DNA of 39,733 nt, taken from NCBI GenBank assembly GCA_035473115.1, contig DATION010000007.1, positions 1 to 39,733 on the forward strand. The letters are read 5' to 3'. The stretch is from Candidatus Udaeobacter sp. Lineage in GTDB: Bacteria > Patescibacteriota > Patescibacteriia > Magasanikbacterales > GWA2-37-8. Under the pieces are notes generated by a model that was not told the origin of the DNA, searched no databases, and worked only from the letters and a program-made list of their open reading frames with translations. Below are positions 34,448 through 39,733 of the stretch, in pieces (within the stretch, counting starts at the first letter, position 1; each line of letters starts with the position of its first letter). Position numbers and translations under genes: made by a program.

Positions 34448-37081
34448 ATGAAAATTATTTTTAAAAAAATATTAGTTGTTTTCACAATATTTTTTTATTT
34501 AACCCCTGCCACTTTTGTATTGGCAAACCAAGATAGTAAAGCTGATAATGCCGTTTTGGACGGGGATTTAATCGCGGCTCAGGAAGCAGGCAATGCCAAG
34601 GCAAGTAATAAAGATAAGACCCCTCCGGTTATATCTGGAGTGGAATCATTTTCAGTTTCCACAAGCTCTGCTTCAATTGCTTGGGTAACAGATGAGCCAG
34701 CTGATTCAGACATAGATTACGGAGTAGCGCCCGGACTAAATTTGCATGGTCCGGCCAACTCAACTCTCCTTACATCTCATATTATTGTCCTTTCAGGACT
34801 TATCCCAAATACTAATTATAGTTTTTGTGTTATTTCGGTAGATGATTCGCATAATAGAGCTCGGGATTGCGGCCATGCATTTATCACAAACTCCGACATA
34901 CCAACAGATACGAACCCGCCAGTTATTACAAACATACAACTTTTAAATGTCTCTACATCTACCGTAACTGTAAATTGGGTGACTGACGAAATTTCTTTTG
35001 GACAAATTGAGTATGGAGTAAGTAATAGTTATGGCTCTGTTACTCCGCTTTCAGTTACTTTAGATGTTAATCATTCAACTGTAATAACAGACCTTACTGC
35101 CAGCACTACCTATCATCTCCGTATTCGCGCCAGAGATGATTCGGGCAATGAGTCTTTTTCTGTTGATATTCCATTTTCTACCTTGGCCAATCCAACGGAA
35201 CCGCATACAACCCCTCCGATTATTTCGGCAATTCTGCCGCATGAAATTAGTCAAACATTCATCCATGTTTCTTGGATGACAGACGAACTAGCAGACAGTC
35301 AAGTTGAATACGGTACCAGCACAAATTATGGTTTTATGACCCGGCTTGATACGATTCCAGTTTTGGCGCATGAGCAATTCCCGAATAATTTAATGCCTGA
35401 TACTGCTTATCACCTAAGAGTACGTTCGCATGATTATGCAGGCAACTTGTCCGTTTCAGGGGATTATGAATTTAGAACTATTGTCGGCACTTCAACTAAT
35501 CCCTATCCGATTTTATCAGCCATTGCTGTTACAGAAATCAGAACATCATCAGTGGTAATAGGATGGACTACCGATAAGCCTGCGACATCCAGAGTTGAGT
35601 ATGGGTTGGCAAGCTCTTATGGACATAGTACGGCGCAAGATGATTCGCTTGTGACTTTGCATAGCCAAGCCATATATAACCTTAGCCAGCATACGACTTA
35701 TCATTTTAGAGTTATTTCTTCTGATAATCTCGGGAATACTTCATATTCAACGGATACAATTTTTGAAACTGCCGCCGGAGAAGCCGATCATATTCCTCCT
35801 ACGGCTATTCATGATTTGACAGCTAATGAAATTGATCAAACATCTCTTACTTTAAATTGGACTGGGCCGGAAGATACTTCCGGAATAATATCGTATGATA
35901 TTAATTCTTCACTATCACCAATCATAGAAGAAAATTTTTTTGATCCTCCTGTTGTGCATGAAGCTGTAATTACAGCCGATGATGCGGAAGGCCACGGCTT
36001 CGAGCATACTTATCAAATAAGCGGTCTGGCTCCTAATGCCATTATCTTTTTTGCTATAAAAGCTTCGGATCCGTATGGAAATATTTCTCCTGTATCAAAT
36101 GTAATTTCAGTAAAAACATTGTCAGCATCAGTAAATAGTTCCGGGGGAGGAACTTCTAGCGGATCTTTAATCGGGAGTGTGGAGGGCGGGTATTCGTATA
36201 ATGGTAAGTTATTTGCGATTGATAAAAAAGAATTTGTTATTAATGATAAGCAGCCGCCTGCCAGAGTAAGCGATGTTCGAGCTGCCGGTATTGATAAAGC
36301 AGTTATTTTATCGTGGAAGGCGCCTTCTGATTCAGATTTTAAAAAAGTACTTGTCGTACGCAGCGAATCACAATATCCGGCCAACCCTCTTGCTGGAACG
36401 GTTGTATATGAAGGTTCAAGGAGAATTGTTAGTGATATCAATCTTCTTAATGGCAAGACCTATTATTATTCAATTTTTTCTGCGGATGAAGTACCGAATT
36501 ATTCTCATCCTGTTCAGCTTTCCATCGCGCCAATAGTCAGCTCCAAGCAGTATAATTTTGTTACCGGTGAAGAAGGCAAGATTAATATTTTTACAAATAG
36601 AGATTTTGGTTTAGGCGATAGGGGACCGGAAGTTCAATATGTGCAAAGACTTTTATCAACCAATCCGCTTTTATATCCAGAAGGTCTGGTTACAGGTTAT
36701 TTTGGTCCTTTAACACGAAAAGCCTTAATTAGATTTCAGCATAAGTATAAAATCCCGGAGACCGGAGTGGTTGATAACGATGTTCGAGCGGTGGCTAAGA
36801 ATTTAACAGTTGTTCATGTGGTGACTCCTATTGCTAATCCTAATATTGATCTTAAGTTTGGCATGCGTGCGGAGAGCGTAAAAATTATGCAAACCGGTCT
36901 GGTGCAGCTTGGGTATTTGAGTGAAGATTCAGTCAGCGGATATTTTGATTCCAAGACGCTGGCTGCGGTAATCAAATTTCAAAAAGATAATAATATTTTT
37001 CCAGCTGTAGGTTATGTGGGGCCTATCACCAGAGCCAAAGCTGCGCAAATACTTCGTGTAACTACCACTTCTGTTCAGTAA
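34448..37081 (+). CDS. Secreted protein with six FN3-like repeats and two C-terminal peptidoglycan-binding domains
   Basis: Signal peptide; repeats PP.I...W.TDE....EYG...L...T.Y; C-terminal GYFGPLTRKALIRFQ and GYFDSKTLAAVIKFQ. Confidence 0.85.
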   Translation: MKIIFKKILVVFTIFFYLTPATFVLANQDSKADNAVLDGDLIAAQEAGNAKASNKDKTPPVISGVESFSVSTSSASIAWVTDEPADSDIDYGVAPGLNLHGPANSTLLTSHIIVLSGLIPNTNYSFCVISVDDSHNRARDCGHAFITNSDIPTDTNPPVITNIQLLNVSTSTVTVNWVTDEISFGQIEYGVSNSYGSVTPLSVTLDVNHSTVITDLTASTTYHLRIRARDDSGNESFSVDIPFSTLANPTEPHTTPPIISAILPHEISQTFIHVSWMTDELADSQVEYGTSTNYGFMTRLDTIPVLAHEQFPNNLMPDTAYHLRVRSHDYAGNLSVSGDYEFRTIVGTSTNPYPILSAIAVTEIRTSSVVIGWTTDKPATSRVEYGLASSYGHSTAQDDSLVTLHSQAIYNLSQHTTYHFRVISSDNLGNTSYSTDTIFETAAGEADHIPPTAIHDLTANEIDQTSLTLNWTGPEDTSGIISYDINSSLSPIIEENFFDPPVVHEAVITADDAEGHGFEHTYQISGLAPNAIIFFAIKASDPYGNISPVSNVISVKTLSASVNSSGGGTSSGSLIGSVEGGYSYNGKLFAIDKKEFVINDKQPPARVSDVRAAGIDKAVILSWKAPSDSDFKKVLVVRSESQYPANPLAGTVVYEGSRRIVSDINLLNGKTYYYSIFSADEVPNYSHPVQLSIAPIVSSKQYNFVTGEEGKINIFTNRDFGLGDRGPEVQYVQRLLSTNPLLYPEGLVTGYFGPLTRKALIRFQHKYKIPETGVVDNDVRAVAKNLTVVHVVTPIANPNIDLKFGMRAESVKIMQTGLVQLGYLSEDSVSGYFDSKTLAAVIKFQKDNNIFPAVGYVGPITRAKAAQILRVTTTSVQ

Positions 37082-37100
37082 AATAGAAAATTTGTTCAGG

Positions 37101-37138
37101 AATAATAAAAGCAGCTTTGATTAGCTGCTTTTATTATT
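37101..37138. terminator. Bidirectional terminator
   Basis: aataataaaagcagc-tttgatta-gctgcttttattatt. Confidence 0.85.
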
Positions 37139-37678
37139 TTCTCAAGCTCTTTCCAAGAAAGGGATTAAGAAATGATAGGCGAAGGTTTGCGGTCCCTTCG
37201 CCTTTACTGCCGATCTCTATCGGTATATCTCTTGATGGAACGCACCGTGGTTGCGTTCGTTTTTTTCTAGGCCTTACTAGCCCTAGGGAACATGCCTCAA
37301 GTTGGCAGCTCCGCAGCCCCATGCTGCTATCCTGTTTTTTGCGATCCTGATGAAACTAGAGAAGCAATCCTTATACCGTTCAAGTTGCAACGGCTCGCTG
37401 GGGATTGTTTGGAAGCTTGGGGTGCTTCCCTCTGTTTCATTTAGTTTTCGTGCCTACAATCACCTTTGCTCTGCAGAGCACAAACGTTTCACCGTTTCTC
37501 TGTCGCTGTGCCTTCAATCAGAGCGCTGTGACCTTTTATACATCATTGCCCACGGGCAATAATTTGGTGTAGGGCGCTGTTCACTCCACCATTTATATTG
37601 ATAATTTTTTATCCGTATAAACGGTGGAGTGATTTTTTTATTAGTTTCTTCAAAGAACTTTTCGTTTCTTTATCTTAA
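37101..37678 (-). ncRNA. Candidate large (~575 nt) highly structured ncRNA, family unknown
   Basis: Own near-consensus promoter and terminator, no credible ORF, more than ten hairpins or long-range helices. Confidence 0.7.
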
Positions 37679-37684
37679 CGACTC

Positions 37685-37713
37685 AGTATATCTTATTTTA
37701 GTTTTTTTGTCAA
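37685..37713 (-). promoter_or_regulatory. sigma70 promoter for the large RNA
   Basis: TTGACA-17 nt-TATACT. Confidence 0.8.
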
Positions 37714-37826
37714 TAGTTTGTGCCTCGGAGGATAAAATTTATGGCTTAAATTAGCCGAAATATCGTCTTTATTTATCCACAGGGTAAATTTATTATAGTT
37801 AAGAATTATGTTATCCACTTTATAAT

Positions 37827-37855
37827 TTGACACTTGCGTAATCAACTACTAAAAT
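37827..37855 (+). promoter_or_regulatory. sigma70 promoter for the ArsR gene
   Basis: TTGACA-17 nt-TAAAAT. Confidence 0.8.
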
Positions 37856-37856
37856 A

Positions 37857-37882
37857 TTTAGGTGTTTAGCTAAACACCTAAA
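37857..37882. promoter_or_regulatory. 26-bp perfect palindrome, likely ArsR operator
   Basis: tttaggtgtttag|ctaaacacctaaa between the -10 and the ArsR start codon. Confidence 0.75.
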
Positions 37883-37885
37883 ATT

Positions 37886-38233
37886 ATGCTAACCGAGATT
37901 GAGATAAAACAATTAAAAAAATTGGTAGATTGGGACGAGGATAAAATTTCTCCGCTCTTTCAAGCATTAAGTGATCCCAACAGGTGCCGAATTTTGCGTA
38001 CTCTAATAAAAACCGGCAAAAGAGATTTTTCTGTAAGTGAGATTGCTCAGCTTTTGGAAGTTTCTATTCCTACAGCCTCCGAACATTTAAGCATTCTAGA
38101 ACGCAGCGGAGCCTTGGTTCGAAAAAGATTGAAACAGCAGGTGAGTTATGAAGTAAAAAGCGGAGACCCATTAATCAAGTCTATTATTTCAGTTATTAAA
38201 GCTAATGAGTCTTTGTCTAAAAACCAAGATTAA
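37886..38233 (+). CDS. ArsR/SmtB family transcriptional regulator
   Basis: FQALSDPNRCRIL, SVSEIAQLL.VS.PTASEHL..L...G.V. Confidence 0.92.
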   Translation: MLTEIEIKQLKKLVDWDEDKISPLFQALSDPNRCRILRTLIKTGKRDFSVSEIAQLLEVSIPTASEHLSILERSGALVRKRLKQQVSYEVKSGDPLIKSIISVIKANESLSKNQD

Positions 38234-38301
38234 AAAGATTAACGTTAAGGCGAAAAGGTCGAATTCAAATTATTTATTATTAAATTAAACAATATAAATT
38301 T

Positions 38302-38958
38302 ATGACAAAAAGTGTAACATTATGGGTTGTGGTCGCTCTTATTATCGGCGGCAGTATTGGCTATATGTATGGAGTTAAAAAAGCTTCAATGGTTGTTGCT
38401 CCAACTAATTCTTCAACAAGCGCTAAAAGTGTGTTGCTCCATAGCGCTATGAGAAAATTATGGGAAGATCATGTAACCTGGACTCGCTTATATATAGTTG
38501 AAGCTACTGAAGGATTAAAAGGCACCAATGATACAGCTGCTCGTTTGCTTAAAAATCAAGAGGATATCGGCAATGCTATAAAACCATTTTATGGAGAAGC
38601 TGCCGGTAATCAGTTAACTACTATCTTGAAACAGCATGTTATGGGAGCAGTAGATGTTTTGGCTGCTGCTAAAGCCGGTGATGCAGCTAAATTAGATACA
38701 GCTAAAACTAATTGGTATAAAAATGGCGATGATATCGCTACATTTTTAAGCGGAGCTAACCCAAACAGCTGGTCATTACAAAATATGAAAGAAGGTATGG
38801 CTATGCATTTGGATTTAACTCTTACCGAAGCGGTTGACGAGTTAAAAGATCAATATGGCAAGTCAGTTGAAGATTATGATAAAGTCCACGAACATATTCT
38901 TGGCTTGGCTGATTTATTGAGTGATGGCATTGTGGCACAATTTCCTGACAAATTCTAA
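38302..38958 (+). CDS. Exported His-containing helical-bundle protein
   Basis: N-terminal TM; LWEDHVTWTR, QH, MHL and HEHI motifs. Confidence 0.7.
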   Translation: MTKSVTLWVVVALIIGGSIGYMYGVKKASMVVAPTNSSTSAKSVLLHSAMRKLWEDHVTWTRLYIVEATEGLKGTNDTAARLLKNQEDIGNAIKPFYGEAAGNQLTTILKQHVMGAVDVLAAAKAGDAAKLDTAKTNWYKNGDDIATFLSGANPNSWSLQNMKEGMAMHLDLTLTEAVDELKDQYGKSVEDYDKVHEHILGLADLLSDGIVAQFPDKF

Positions 38959-39074
38959 ATAGTTTAAAGTCACGAGTAAAGACGGAGCTTGAAAACAGCT
39001 CTGTTTTTATTTATAAAAATAAATTATGAACAGATAATAGCAGGCAAAAAAGAGTTGTGCTATAATTATTATAT

Positions 39075-39733
39075 ATGCAGCCTATAAAAAAATTTTGGAA
39101 AATACGAACCTATTTTTTGTTAGGTGTATTTATCATTACTCTAATAACTACCGGATTATTTATATTTATTCGCGGGCAGGAGGTTGTGGCCGATGAAAAA
39201 CGGCTCATTGCGGAGCGTGATAAAATATTTGTTCATACTTTGGCTGGAAGTATTTCGGTCTATGTAAATATTAATACTGAAAATGTAGAACGTTTGGCAG
39301 GCTTGATAAATAAAGATAATTTTAGCGCGGACAAGCTTTATCCTTTAGCCGAAAACACAATCAAAAATAGCAATGGTTTTTTTGCGATAATTATTGCAGA
39401 TAAAAACGGCGATGTGGTTTCCGGCTACAATAAATTAGCCAGCAATGAAAATGACAGATTGGTTTCGGGTATCAATATAAGTGATAGACAGTATTTTAAA
39501 GAATTAATTGCTACCAGAAAAATAGTTGTATCTGATGCTATTACTGCTCGAGTTCCGCCCTATGTGCCGACAATTGCAATTGCTGTACCAATTTTTGGCG
39601 ATAATAAAGAAATTATCGGCGCAGCTGTCGGCGGTTTGACTTTGGAACCGCTTTATCATTTAGCGGAAGCGGCTTTGGGAAGCGAATTTGCTACACCGGT
39701 AGTTTTTGATAAACAAGGTCAAGTTATTGTTCA
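39075..39733 (+). CDS. Membrane sensor with a dCache domain, truncated by the window end (histidine kinase or cyclase likely)
   Basis: TM then NISDRQYFKEL...VVSD...TIAIAVPI...IIGAAVG; frame open to the window edge. Confidence 0.8.
   Translation, partial: MQPIKKFWKIRTYFLLGVFIITLITTGLFIFIRGQEVVADEKRLIAERDKIFVHTLAGSISVYVNINTENVERLAGLINKDNFSADKLYPLAENTIKNSNGFFAIIIADKNGDVVSGYNKLASNENDRLVSGINISDRQYFKELIATRKIVVSDAITARVPPYVPTIAIAVPIFGDNKEIIGAAVGGLTLEPLYHLAEAALGSEFATPVVFDKQGQVIV

Noticed and set aside
37347-37353. CTGATGA on the plus strand as a second hammerhead
   Set aside because: No stem II-GAAA follows, and the segment is part of a helix of the minus-strand RNA
37101-37678. T-box, RNase P or group II intron identity for the large RNA
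   Set aside because: No UGGNACC T-box bulge or downstream gene; no GAGGAAAGUC or ACAGAACCCGGCUUA; GAGCCGUU...AACGG is too short for domain V and there is no GUGYG 5' end
37773-37819. DnaA boxes (TTATCCACA and TTATCCACT) as oriC
   Set aside because: Only two boxes, and no dnaA/dnaN or other origin context in the window
1-39733. CRISPR array associated with the Cas4-like nuclease or palm-domain protein
   Set aside because: No regularly spaced repeats or other cas genes were seen

Overview
AT-rich bacterial chromosomal window using the standard genetic code. Gene content and style suggest a Patescibacteria/CPR (Parcubacteria-like) genome; this is inference, not a database result. About 1-10 kb is an accessory zone of GC-richer, mostly monocistronic genes, many with their own sigma70 promoter and terminator (fatty-acid-hydroxylase-like gene, pyrE, pyrF, M23 and S9 peptidases). 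About 10-29 kb is housekeeping (HU, rny, murE, ftsB-like, PrsA-like PPIase, Bcp, ftsE/ftsX, three tRNAs). About 29-39.7 kb holds a tandem GGDEF-like protein, tRNA-Asn, an FN3/peptidoglycan-binding surface protein, an ArsR regulator and a truncated Cache sensor. The strongest signals are non-coding: a complete type III hammerhead ribozyme (7443-7500, minus), a promoter- and terminator-bounded ~575-nt structured RNA with no credible ORF (37101-37678, minus), three more structured RNA candidates (9935-10232, 11322-11437, 27238-27387), a DUF559 nuclease gene flanked by perfect 32-bp inverted repeats, and a duplicated 111-bp two-hairpin element. No CRISPR array, integrase, transposase or reverse transcriptase was seen. 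All RNA folds were done by eye.
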